A DNA stretch of 64,000 bases. Origin: a virus. Taxonomy: Duplodnaviria > Heunggongvirae > Uroviricota > Caudoviricetes. The DNA lies in the IMG/VR virus record IMGVR_UViG_3300031867_000007, positions 64,001 to 128,000 of that record. One strand, given 5' to 3'. Positions 42,429 through 53,773 of the stretch are shown here, one piece after another; position 1 is the stretch's first letter, and every line of letters starts with the position of its first letter. Below the pieces are notes generated by a model. It was not told the DNA's origin and did not search any database. It saw only the letters and a list, made by a program, of their open reading frames with translations. Made by a program: the position numbers and the translations under genes.

Positions 42429-43001
42429 ATGTTTAAAATTATATTACCAAAAATAAAATTAAATATTGAAAAATGGAAATGGAATAAGGAATACCGAATT
42501 TATGTATCTTCATTAGGTCATATAAAAAATGAATATAAACAAACCATACCTACTAAAATTAATAATAATGGTTATTGTATGATTCAAACTAATTATGGTT
42601 ATAAATCTATCCATAGATTAGTTCTATTAACTTTTAAACCAATTCCAAATGCAGAAAATTTAACAGTAGACCATTTAAATCATAATAAAAGAGATAATTG
42701 TATTGATAATTTAGAATGGGTAACACAAAAAGAAAATTCAGAAAGAGCAATAAAAGATTTAATAAAAATAAAAAATATATATGATAATAATATAAATAAT
42801 ATTCAATATTATAAAATTCAATGTGAATCAAAAACATTTTCAACAATTCAAGAATCTATAGAATGGGTTATTAAAAAACAAGGAATAAATAAAAATAGCA
42901 ATATTAATAATATAAATAAAGAAAAGATTGCAAAAAATATATGTAAAGCAATAAATAATAATTCATTATATTGTGGCAAGAGGTGGAAAATATTATATTA
43001 A
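42429..43001 (+). CDS. NUMOD4/HNH homing endonuclease
   Basis: YVSSLG, IHRLV, VDHLNHNKRDNCIDNLEWVT. Confidence 0.88.
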   Translation: MFKIILPKIKLNIEKWKWNKEYRIYVSSLGHIKNEYKQTIPTKINNNGYCMIQTNYGYKSIHRLVLLTFKPIPNAENLTVDHLNHNKRDNCIDNLEWVTQKENSERAIKDLIKIKNIYDNNINNIQYYKIQCESKTFSTIQESIEWVIKKQGINKNSNINNINKEKIAKNICKAINNNSLYCGKRWKILY

Positions 43002-43020
43002 TTTAAAAGGAGGTTTTATT

Positions 43021-43195
43021 ATGAGAGATATAAATAGAATTGATAAATTTTGTAATGAGTTAGCTAAATACTGGAAAAAAGTGCCAGATTGGAGATTTCG
43101 GTCAACTGTTAAATAATACATTAGGTAATAGAGATTTATTTTTCTATGAAGAAGATGAAATATTAGAGTTAATTAGATTATATTTTAAACAATAG
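43021..43195 (+). CDS. small phage protein (1 C+GGN shift)
   Basis: MRDINRI..W..VPDWRF[G]QL; extra C at 43099. Confidence 0.7.
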
Positions 43196-43211
43196 GAAGG
43201 AGTAATTTTTA

Positions 43212-43679
43212 ATGAAAAATAAAACTGCTAGAAAGATATTAGAAATTATATATGGTAGACAATGTTTCATTGAAGCGGCTGGTATTAGAATTCGTGGAGC
43301 TAAAACATTAGATAGAACTTTAACCTATCATCATATAATACCAGTTTCTCAAGGTGGATTAACAACTATTAGAAATGGAGCGGTTTTAGCTAGATATAAT
43401 CATGATTGATTACATCAACAACCATTACATATACAAGATGAAATAAACGAAGAAATAGAAGATTATAAAATTCATTGTGATTTTGCTAAAATTATAATAA
43501 GAGAAAATGGAACAATTAATTTTGAAAGAATTGACGAAATTTTAGATGGTAGTATTCCACCATCTATAAAAGTTTATGATAACTCTATATTAAAACCAGC
43601 TCAAATTAGAAAATTAAGATACTTAAGAAGTCAAAAACAATATTTACAAGAAAAAGAAGAAGAAGAGGAGGAAAGATAA
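43212..43679 (+). CDS. HNH endonuclease (1 in-frame TGA)
   Basis: YHHIIPVSQGG..N..L...HD[W]LH. Confidence 0.75.
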
Positions 43680-43680
43680 A

Positions 43681-44934
43681 ATGATAAATAAAGAAACAGG
43701 TTTGCGTGAATTATGCTATGTAGTTAATATAGATGCAATAGAACCAATAATAGGTTCAGATAATTGCGAGGCTGCAGTTGTAGGTGGATGGAAAATAATG
43801 GTTAGAAAAAACACTTTTAAAGTTGGAGATAAAGCGGTATATTTTGAGATTGATTCAAAATTACCTGAAACGAAAGAATATGAGTTTTTAGCAAAAAAAC
43901 ATTATAAAGTAAAAACTCAAAAATATACATTCGGTGGAAAAGGTAATTTTATTTCACAGGGTTTATTAATGGCTTTTGATGATTGGGTAGATGAAGAAGG
44001 TAAAATTCCATCTTGGTTAGCTGCTTTAAATTTACAAAGAGCCAATGATATAGATATTACAGGTACTTTTTTAACAAACACACTTGGAGTAAAATACTCA
44101 GTTATAGAAGATAACAAAAGAAAAGCATCTGTTGATAAATATAAAAAAATGGCACAAAGACATTGGAAATTATTTAAACATAATAAAATTATTCAATGGT
44201 TATATGGGAAAAATTGGGGTAAAAAATTATTATTTTTCTTTTTAGGTAATAAAGCAGATATAAAAGCTTCGTTCTGGCCTGATTGGGTAATAAAAACTGA
44301 TGAAGAAAGAGTACAAAATTTACCTCAACTATTTCCTCCAGATGATACTGAATGGTTTGTAACCGAGAAAATAGATGGAACATCAACGACTTTTACAATG
44401 AAAAGAGCGAAAAGAAACAAATATGATTTTTACGTATGTTCTAGAAATGTATGTTTTGATAAACCTGAAAAAGAACAAAAACTATTTTATGAAAATAATG
44501 TCTATACAGAAATGGCAATAAAATATAACGCAGAAGAAGTTTTAAAAAATATATTAGATATTCATAATGATATTGAGTTTGTTACTATACAAGGAGAGAC
44601 ATATGGAAAAGCAATTCAAAAAAGAGATTATGGTATGGATACTATAGATTTTAATGCATTTAACTTAATTTTTGGTTATAAAAATGGAGAAACAAAAAGA
44701 TTTAATCCAAGAGAAATGAAAGAAATATTAACAAATACATACAATATACCCTGCGTTCCAATTTTAGATGAACATTTTAAATTACCAAATTCAATAGATG
44801 AAATGATAACTTATGCAGATGGAAATTCAAAAATAGATGGAGAGTATAGAGAAGGTGTTGTATTAAGAACCTCAGATGGAGTAAATTCATTTAAAGCAGT
44901 TTCAAATGAATATTTATTAAAAAAAGGAGAATAA
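43681..44934 (+). CDS. ATP-dependent RNA ligase (Rnl2/DRB0094-like, N-terminal OB fold)
   Basis: YFEIDS, SQGL, KTDEER, EKIDGTS, QGE.YG, REGVV, FKAVS. Confidence 0.88.
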   Translation: MINKETGLRELCYVVNIDAIEPIIGSDNCEAAVVGGWKIMVRKNTFKVGDKAVYFEIDSKLPETKEYEFLAKKHYKVKTQKYTFGGKGNFISQGLLMAFDDWVDEEGKIPSWLAALNLQRANDIDITGTFLTNTLGVKYSVIEDNKRKASVDKYKKMAQRHWKLFKHNKIIQWLYGKNWGKKLLFFFLGNKADIKASFWPDWVIKTDEERVQNLPQLFPPDDTEWFVTEKIDGTSTTFTMKRAKRNKYDFYVCSRNVCFDKPEKEQKLFYENNVYTEMAIKYNAEEVLKNILDIHNDIEFVTIQGETYGKAIQKRDYGMDTIDFNAFNLIFGYKNGETKRFNPREMKEILTNTYNIPCVPILDEHFKLPNSIDEMITYADGNSKIDGEYREGVVLRTSDGVNSFKAVSNEYLLKKGE

Positions 44935-45015
44935 TTGTATAAAATAATCAGCAAATTAATTTTTGTTGATTATTTTTTTATTTTTTGATATAATTGTTAT
45001 ATAAAAGAAAAGGAG

Positions 45016-45390
45016 ATGATGAAAGATATGGCAAAAGTAAGAAATATAAGTACACAGAGTAGATTTTTTTGTACTTGTTGTGGAAAGGAAGGTATGCCAA
45101 TCCAAAGAAAAAAAGGTTCAGAAAGAGAAGCTGGACATTTAAAAAAATTATATTGTATTTATTGTAAAAAAGAAGTTAATCATGCGGAAGTCCGTGAAAT
45201 AGGCGGTTATAATGAAGAGGATTTTAAACAAGAATATAATTTAGGTAGATTTGTTAATGGAAATAAAATAGCAATTAAAGATCTATCTGATTGTAGTTGT
45301 GAAAATTGTGAATATAATATAAATGGAAAATGTTGGAATTCTAATTTTTCTAATGATTGCGGTCATAGAATAAAAGAAAGTGAGGAATAA
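45016..45390 (+). CDS. Zn-ribbon protein
   Basis: CTCCG..GHLKKLYCIYC. Confidence 0.7.
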   Translation: MMKDMAKVRNISTQSRFFCTCCGKEGMPIQRKKGSEREAGHLKKLYCIYCKKEVNHAEVREIGGYNEEDFKQEYNLGRFVNGNKIAIKDLSDCSCENCEYNINGKCWNSNFSNDCGHRIKESEE

Positions 45391-45393
45391 ATA

Positions 45394-45618
45394 ATGAAAT
45401 ATTATAAAGTAAGTGAAACAGATTTAAAATATTTAATAGAAAGTAGAGCAAGACTTGAAGCATTAGAAGCTGGTGGAGTAGATAATTGGTCTTGGTATTG
45501 TGATGCTAACTCAGATTATTTAGCAGATATGAAAGAAGAATATGATATACCAATGGAAGAGGATTTAGATTTTAAAGATATAGCTGATAAAGAAATTAAA
45601 AATTTTGAGGAGGTTTAG
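45394..45618 (+). CDS. hypothetical phage protein
   Basis: LEAGGVDNWSWY. Confidence 0.75.
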   Translation: MKYYKVSETDLKYLIESRARLEALEAGGVDNWSWYCDANSDYLADMKEEYDIPMEEDLDFKDIADKEIKNFEEV

Positions 45619-45619
45619 T

Positions 45620-46143
45620 ATGGCTAAATTATTTTTAATGATGCGGGATTCCACGGTTCAGGAAAAACAACTTGGATTAAAAGACAGTTAAAAGAAAATG
45701 ATATTTATATATCTAGAGATGAAATAAGATTTAGTTTATTACAAAATGATGAAGATTACTTTAAATATGAAAATGAAGTATTTAAAATTTTTTGTAATAA
45801 GATAAATGATGCTTTAACAAATCCAAAAATTAATAGAGTATTTGCAGATGCAACTCATATAAATACTAATTCAAGAACAAAAGTATTAAATAGACTTTAC
45901 ATTCAGCCAGATGAAATAAATGTCATTTGGCTTCAAACTCCATTAATGGTATGCTTAGAAAGAAATGCTACTCGAGAGGGTCGCGCAGAAGTACCAATGG
46001 AAGTCATTAAAAATATGTATTATAGTTTAGAAGAGCCATCTAATAAAGAAAATATTGATTATTTATATATAATTAATAATAGATACAAAACAATAAAAAA
46101 AATATGGCTAAAAGAATATGACTTTGATGGATTTGTATTTTAA
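45620..46143 (+). CDS. P-loop polynucleotide kinase-like protein (2 C+GGN shifts)
   Basis: [G]IP[G]SGKTTW, SRDEIR, DATH..R, CLERN..R; extra C at 45644 and 45654. Confidence 0.88.
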
Positions 46144-46156
46144 GGAGGTATTATAT

Positions 46157-46351
46157 ATGGATAAAGATAATATAACTGAAGATTTATTACCGTGTCCTTT
46201 CTGCGGTGGAGATGCTTATATAAAAAGTTGTAATAAACGTTTATATATAGATTGTGTGCATAAAAAATCATGTAGTTGTCATCCAAGTACTTGATTATAT
46301 AGTGAAAAAAATATTTATAAACAAATAGAATTATGGAATAGGAGGGCATAA
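46157..46351 (+). CDS. Lar-like restriction alleviation protein (1 in-frame TGA)
   Basis: LLPCPFCGG ... WNRR. Confidence 0.7.
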
Positions 46352-46352
46352 A

Positions 46353-47165
46353 ATGAATAGAGAAGAATATATAAGAGACGGCTTACAAAATCATTTGGAG
46401 GAGTTTCAAAAAACATATCCAAACTTAGAGCTATTTGGAATTTTTATTCAAGGTTCTCAAAATTATGGTTTAGATATCTATACAGACAATTATAAATCTG
46501 ATATAGATACAAAAGCAATAATAATTCCGTCTCTTGAAGATGTAGTTATGAATAAGAAGCCTATATCTACAACTCATATTTTATCTAATAACGAACATTT
46601 AGATATTAAAGATATTAGATTATATTTTGATAATTTCAAGAAACAAAATATTAATTTTGTAGAAATATTATTTGCTTGTGATTATATAATTAATCCAAAA
46701 TACGTTGATTTATTTAACGTATTAAAAGAAAATAGAGAATCAATAGCTCATTATAATACTAATCAAGCATTAAGATGTATGTCAGGTATGAGTATGGAAA
46801 AAAAGAAAGCTTTAACCCATCCATATCCTACACTACTTGACAAAATAGAAAAATATGGATATGATGGTAAACAATTACATCATATCATTAGAATGTTTGA
46901 TTTTATTACAGCATATAGTAATGGAGACACTTTTGAAAGTGCTTTAAAATATCAACCGCATAAAAAAGAAATGATGAAAGCTAAAATGAGTGAATATACT
47001 TTAAAAGAAGCGTTAGAATTGGCAGAGTTTTTTGATAGTAATACCAAAAACATAAAAGAAAAATCATTAAAAGAAAAAGATGAAATAAATAAAGATGCAT
47101 TAGATATTTTAAATAAAATTCAATATGAAGCAATAAAAAGAAAAATTCGAGAGGAGGTAATATAA
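46353..47165 (+). CDS. nucleotidyltransferase
   Basis: QGSQNYGL..SDID; GYDGKQLHH. Confidence 0.8.
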   Translation: MNREEYIRDGLQNHLEEFQKTYPNLELFGIFIQGSQNYGLDIYTDNYKSDIDTKAIIIPSLEDVVMNKKPISTTHILSNNEHLDIKDIRLYFDNFKKQNINFVEILFACDYIINPKYVDLFNVLKENRESIAHYNTNQALRCMSGMSMEKKKALTHPYPTLLDKIEKYGYDGKQLHHIIRMFDFITAYSNGDTFESALKYQPHKKEMMKAKMSEYTLKEALELAEFFDSNTKNIKEKSLKEKDEINKDALDILNKIQYEAIKRKIREEVI

Positions 47166-47166
47166 C

Positions 47167-47740
47167 ATGATATATTTTACATCAGATTTACATTTTTGTC
47201 ATAATAAACCATTTTTATATGAACCAAGAGGTTTCAATTCAATAGAAGAACATGATGAAACCGTTATAAAAAATTGGAATAGTGTTATTACAAATGATGA
47301 TGAAGTTTATATTTTAGGAGATTTAATGTTAAATGATAATGAAAATGGAATTAAAAAATTACAGCAATTAAAGGGAAAAATTCATATAGTACTTGGAAAT
47401 CATGATAGTTCAGTTCGTCAAGACATTTATAAAGTATTATTTAATGAAGTATCTTATGCAACTATGATTAAAATTGATAAACAACATTATTTTTTAACAC
47501 ATTTTCCATCTCTTTGTGCAAACTATGATGACAAACCTTATCATAACCATATTATAAATCTATCTCGGTCATACCCACAAAAAAGATAAATTTCATTTTG
47601 AAGATAATCCTTTTTGTTATAATGTTGCTCTTGATGCTCATAATTGTTACCCAGTGTCTATTGAACAGATTAGTAAAGATATACATAAAAAGGTAGAAGA
47701 GCTATATAAAATCAAAGTACAAAAAGAAAAGGAAAACTAA
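47167..47740 (+). CDS. calcineurin-like phosphoesterase (1 C+GGN shift)
   Basis: SDLH, LGD, GNHD, THFP, [G]HTH; extra C at 47566. Confidence 0.88.
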
Positions 47741-47775
47741 AAATTAATAAAATATGTAAAGGAGAATAGATATAT

Positions 47776-48222
47776 ATGAAAATTCAAATGAAAACAATTG
47801 AATCAGAATATAATGAAAAAACAGGAGTTTCAAAAGTAACAGTTGCTACAGATTTAGGTTTAATTACCGCTTATGCTTACTTACATCCTGATGATAGAGA
47901 TATAGCTTCTAGTTTTGCGGGATGTCGTTATGCAGAAATGAGAGCTGGTATTAAATATATGAAAGAGAAAGTAAAAATATCTAAATATCAGTTAGAGCCA
48001 TTAAAAAGAATATATAATGATTTATCGCAGAAAAAATATTATAATAAAAATAATAATGGTGCTAAAATGTTAGAAAAAGAAATATATAAATTAGAAGACG
48101 GTATTGAAACATATAAAACCAATATAAAAACTTTAAATGAAAGACTACAAAAGGCAATAAATTCGAGAGATGATATGATTAAATATATAAAAAATATAGT
48201 AGATAAACAAGGTAATAAATAA
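47776..48222 (+). CDS. hypothetical protein
   Basis: ORF with RBS. Confidence 0.7.
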   Translation: MKIQMKTIESEYNEKTGVSKVTVATDLGLITAYAYLHPDDRDIASSFAGCRYAEMRAGIKYMKEKVKISKYQLEPLKRIYNDLSQKKYYNKNNNGAKMLEKEIYKLEDGIETYKTNIKTLNERLQKAINSRDDMIKYIKNIVDKQGNK

Positions 48223-48254
48223 ATTACCTTGTTTATTAATATAAGGAGGAAAAG

Positions 48255-48756
48255 ATGATAGAAATTTATACAGATCGGAAGCGCAAGAAATAATGGTTCT
48301 GAAAATAATATGCGGCGGTTGAGGTGTAGCAGTACTAATCCCGAATGAAAATCGGTAACCGGTTACCGCATTGATTATATACATAGTGGTAAAGAAATAA
48401 ATACAACTAATAATCGTATGGAATTAACTGCAATACTTTATGCTCTTGAGCTAACTCAAACCAAATATAGAGGAGAAAAGTGTATTATTAAATCTGATTC
48501 AGCCTATTGTGTTAATATGTTTAATGATTGAATATATAATTGGCATAGGAACAATTGGGTTAGACCTAAAAATCAATCTATTGAAAATTTAGATTTAGTA
48601 AAACAAATATGGGAATATTGTAAATTAGAATGACCTAGTTTTACAGTTGAGAAAGTTCCTGGACATTCAGGAATATTAGGTAATACTATTGCAGACCTAT
48701 TAGCTACTGGTAATGATAAAAAATTAGAAGAAATTTTTTCAAAAAATGAATATTAA
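48255..48756 (+). CDS. rnhA: ribonuclease HI (4 C+GGN shifts, 3 TGA)
   Basis: IYTD[G]S, GG[W]G, TTNNRMEL, SDSAY, NLDL, KVPGHSG..GN..AD. Confidence 0.88.
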
Positions 48757-48840
48757 TCCTAGTGAAAGTTGTTTTTTTGACTTACAATAAAAAATATGAT
48801 ATAATTATAATAAATAAAAAATAAGAAAGGAGAACTTTTA

Positions 48841-50761
48841 GTGGATAATAAATTATATACAAAGGATTCAATCGAAAGTTTAGACCCGCTTCAATTCACT
48901 CGTTTAAGACCTGGAGTTTATGCAGGAGATACAACCTATTCAACACAATTATTGGTTGAAATTGTATCGAATGCGGTAGATGAGTTTAGATTAGGTCATG
49001 GAAACAAAATTGAAGTAACTATTGATAAAGATATAGTAATAGTAAGAGATTATGGTCAAGGATTTTTAGTTAACGAAATAAGAGATGATGGAAAAACAGT
49101 TCTTGAAGCTGCATTCAGTGTTCTTAATACTTCAGGAAAATATCGTGAAGATGGTACTTATGAGGGAACTTCATTAGGTTCTTTTGGTATCGGATCTAAA
49201 ATTACAACTTTTTTAAGTCATGAATTGCATGTTTGTAGTTGGAGAGATAATAAAATGGAATCTATCACTTTTATAGAAGGTGTCTTTGAAGATAGAATTA
49301 TTCAAGATAGTCCTCCTGTCTCTAAATTTGGTAAATCTGGAACAGAAGTTTCTTGGAGACCAAGTGAAGAATTCTTTACACATACAGAAGTAGAAATATC
49401 AAAAATAAAAGATTTATTTAAAGTAATATCTTGTTTATGTCCAGGATTAACTATCTTATTAAATGACAATGGAAAAGAAGAAATATTTAATTCTAAAAAT
49501 GGATTAAATGATTTAGTAGATGAAGCAGTAAAAAATAAAGAAATAATTAAAAATAGATTTAATATGAAGTTTGAAGAAGGTAAAAATAAAATGGATATGG
49601 TGCTAACATACACTTCAAATTATTCACTAAATCTAATTCCTTACGTTAATACAGGTCTTACAGAGAAAGGACCTCATATAACTCAAATTAAAACTATCAT
49701 AACAAGAGAGTTTAATAAATTTTTTAGAGATAAAAGATGGTTAAAAGAAAAAGATGAAAATTTAACTGGAGATGATATTCAAGAAGGAATGTATATAGTA
49801 TTTAATATTACTGCTCCTAATATCGCATATGATGCTCAAGTTAAATCAACAGTAACTAAAATAGATATGACACCTTTTACTCAAGTATTAGCAGATAATC
49901 TACAAATATGGTTCAATAGTAATGAGAAAGAAATAAAAACTATATTTGATAAAGCGGCAGCCGCAAAAAAAGCTAGAGAAGCAGCCAAAAATGCAAGAGA
50001 AAGAGTAAGAGAAACAAATAAGAAAAAAGAAAAGGCATTAAAATTTGATAGTAAACTTGCAGATTGTTATTCAAAAGAAAGAGAAAAATGTGAAATATAT
50101 ATAGTAGAGCGGAGATAGTGCATCAGGAAATTTAAAATCAGCTCGTAATAATGAATTTCAAGCAGTAATGCCTGTTAGAGGAAAAATTATTAATTGTGAA
50201 AAAGCTACCTTAGAAAAAATACAAAAAAATGCAGAAATAATGACAATGATTGATGCTTTTGGATTATATATAGATACTAAAACAATGAAAGTAACTTATG
50301 ATAAAGATAGTTTAAGATATGGAAAGATTATAATTATGAGTGATGGAGATGTAGATCGGAGCCCATATTAAGAACTTATTTTATACTTTTATATGGAATT
50401 TCTGTCCACAATTAATTGAAGATGGATATATATATGCAGGAGTTCCACCATTATATAAAATTACAATAGGAAAAGAATATAAGTATATTAAAAACGATGA
50501 AGAATTAGAAAAATTTAAAAAGACAATAGGTGATAAAAAAATAACTGTTAACAGAATGAAAGGTTTACGGAGAAATGTCTGTGGATGAAACTGAAGAGAC
50601 ATTAACAGATCCTAATAATAGAATTTTAAAACAAATAACAGTTGAAGATGCGGCAGCCGCAGATAAGTTATTTAATGATTTAATGCGGAACTACCATTAT
50701 TGCTAGAAAAGAGTTTATTAAAGAACATAGTAAAGAAGGAGGATTGTACAATGCAGAATAA
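48841..50761 (+). CDS. gyrB: DNA gyrase subunit B (4 C+GGN shifts)
   Basis: EIVSNAVDE, DYGQG, VE[G]DSA, PVRGK, DGDVD[G]AHI, KGL[G]EM, LM[G]. Confidence 0.92.
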
Positions 50762-51092
50762 TAATAAAAATTTTAAATTATTGTGGTCGTCAGATTCTCA
50801 TTATGGACAATCTCGTTTTGAATTATCTACAGAAAAAAGTGATTCCTTGACAAAAAAGTGGGAACAATATTTAAATAATCCAAAAGATTTTTACCTTCGT
50901 TATGAACCTACAGGAGATTATTTTAATCATGAAGACAGTATTAAATTAATTCATTGTTATATGTGCACTGCTTTACAGATAAATAACTATGAAAAATACT
51001 GTTTAGCATGTGAATATTTTCCTAGTCATTCAAAGATAAATAAAAAAATAAAAAATGATGAATATGAATGGGGGAAGAGATGGAATGAATAG
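50751..51092 (+). CDS. hypothetical protein between gyrB and gyrA
   Basis: GGAGG before ATG 50751. Confidence 0.6.
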   Translation: MQNNNKNFKLLWSSDSHYGQSRFELSTEKSDSLTKKWEQYLNNPKDFYLRYEPTGDYFNHEDSIKLIHCYMCTALQINNYEKYCLACEYFPSHSKINKKIKNDEYEWGKRWNE

Positions 51093-53425
51093 TAATGATA
51101 TAATAAATGAACTAAGTACAAATTTTATCGAATATGCTGTTGCTTGTAATACAGATCGTGCAATTCCAGATGCAACAAGTGGTCTTAAACCAGTCCATAG
51201 AAGAATATTATGGGGAGCATATGAAAAGGGTTATATATTTAATAAACCTCACGTAAAATCAGCAAAAATAGTTGGAGATGTAATGGGAACTTATCATCCA
51301 CATGGAGACTCATCTATTTATGGTGCTCTTGTTAGATTATCTCAACCTTGGATTATGAGATATCCTCTTATAGATTGGCATCGGTTCAAATGGTAATATT
51401 GATGGGGATGGACCAGCCCATATGCGTTATACTGAAGCAAGACTTTCAAAACTTGCAGAAGATGGTATGTTATTTGGAATAAAGAAAAGAAATGTAGATT
51501 TTATTCCAAATTATTCAGAAGATGCTGAAGAACCAATTACATTACCTGCCATATTTCCTAATTTATTATGTAATCCAAATACAGGTATAGGTGTTGCTAT
51601 GGCTTGTAATTTCGCACCTCATAATTTAAAAGAAGTAGCTGCCGCAATTCATGATTATGTGGATGGTAAAGAACCTATGTTACCTGGACCAGATTTTCCA
51701 ACAGGAGGAATAATAATTAATAAAGATGATATTCCTGCAATTATGAATACTGGACATGGTAGCGTAAAAGTTAGAGCTAAATATAAAGTAGAAAAACAAA
51801 ATTTAGTATTTTATGAAATACCCTATGGAACATCTACTGAAGCACTTATTGCAGAAATAGGTAAAATAGCAGAAGAAGAAATTGCTGATATTATAAATAT
51901 TAGAAATGAAAGTAATAAAAAAGGATTAAGAATTGTTATCGAGTGTAAAAAAGATGCTAATCCAGATTCAATAGCTATGAAATTATTTACAAAGACTAAT
52001 TTACAAACTAGTTTTTCATATAATCAAGTAGCTTTAGTAAATAAAACTCCAACAGAAGTTAACTTAAAAGATTGTATAAGAATATATTTAGAACATAACG
52101 TACAATGCTTAATAAAAGAATGTAAATTTGATTTGCAGAAGGCGGAGGCTCGTCTAGAAATAGTAGAAGGATTATTAAAAGCATTAAAAAATATAGATAC
52201 TATTATTACATTCATTAAAAAATCTGAGTCAAGCGTAGCCGCAAAAGATGGATTAATAAGTGAATTTGGATTTACTGAACCTCAAGCAAAATCTATTGTA
52301 GCTATGAGATTAGGTAGCTTAGCAAAACTTGAAGGCGTTGAGCTTAATAATGAAAAAGCTAAATTATTAGCAGATATAAATGAATTAAATAAAATATTAG
52401 GTTCAGAAAACGAACAATTAAATATAATTTTAAATAGATTAGATGATTTAGTTAAAAAATATGGAGATAATAGAAAAACTGAATTAGCACAAATTGATAT
52501 GCCTAAAGAAGAAAAAGAAATAGCTCAAGTTATTCCAGAAGATGTAGTTGTTATGTTATCTCAAACTGGAGATATTAAAAGAATACTTAAATCTAGTTTT
52601 AGAACACAAAGAAGAAATGGTAAGGGTATTAAGACAACAGATGATGCAACTATGGCGCTAATAAAAACTAATACTATTGATGCTTTATTATTATTTACTA
52701 ATAAAGGAAAAATGTATAGAATAATAGTAGATAATATTCCAGTTGGAACCAATGTATCAAAAGGAGTGAATGTTTCTACTCTAATCAATTTAGAAATAGA
52801 TGAAAAAGTAATTGCTATAACTAATTTAGCAAGAGAAAATAATAATAAATATGTTGTATTTATTACAAAAAATGGTTTGTTAAAGAAAACATCAATAGAA
52901 GAATATACTAAAACCAAAAGAACTACTGGTATTACAGCAATTAATTTAAAAGAAGGAGACAGTATCGCTAATATTGAGCTTATGGATGAAGAGGACATAA
53001 TTCTAATAACTAAAAAAGGTTATTCAATTCGTTTTGAAACTAAAGATATTGCGGCAATAGGCAGAGTTACTGCAGGAGTAAAAGCTATAAAATTAACTGA
53101 TGGAGATGAGGTTTTAGTAGGATTGCCTATTAGAAATAATAAAGAAACAGTTGCAGTATTCAGCGCTTATGGAAACAGTAAAAAAACTAAGATTGAAGAG
53201 TTTCCGCTTCAAGCTAGAGCAGGAAAAGGTGTCACTATATATAAAATAACTCCAACAACAGGTAATATTATAGGAGCAACCATGGTTAATGATGAAGATA
53301 ATGTATTATTGGTTGGCAAATCTTCTATATGTATTGCGGCAACCGATATTCCTTTACTAAGTAGAACTGCAGTAGGAAATTTAATGATCCAAAATGGTCA
53401 GTTAAATTCAATAACAAAAATTTAG
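51085..53425 (+). CDS. gyrA: DNA gyrase subunit A (1 C+GGN shift)
   Basis: [15 protein letters not shown][G][11 protein letters not shown], GyrA box QRRNGKG. Confidence 0.93.
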
Positions 53426-53440
53426 AAAGGAGAAAAATAT

Positions 53441-53698
53441 ATGGAAACGCATGAATATGTAGTTCAAGGTTCAAAAGAAAATTTAGTTACTATTGAAATT
53501 CCTTTTGAAGAATATAAAGAATTATTAATAATAAAAGGTAAATATGAAGAGTTGAAATCTCAAAAAGAAAAAACACAAACAATAAATTGAAATCCAAGTC
53601 ATACAAAAGACTTTCCTACCTTAACACAACCAATTATTACATACGGAGATAAATCGAATGAGCCATTACCTGAATCGCCATATAAAATCACTTGTTAA
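53441..53698 (+). CDS. hypothetical protein (1 in-frame TGA)
   Basis: AAGGAG RBS; open to TAA 53696-53698 if TGA is sense. Confidence 0.55.
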
Positions 53699-53773
53699 GA
53701 ATAACAAGTGATTTTTGATTTTTTATTTATTTTATTATATAATATTAATATATAAATAAAGGAGATGAAATAA

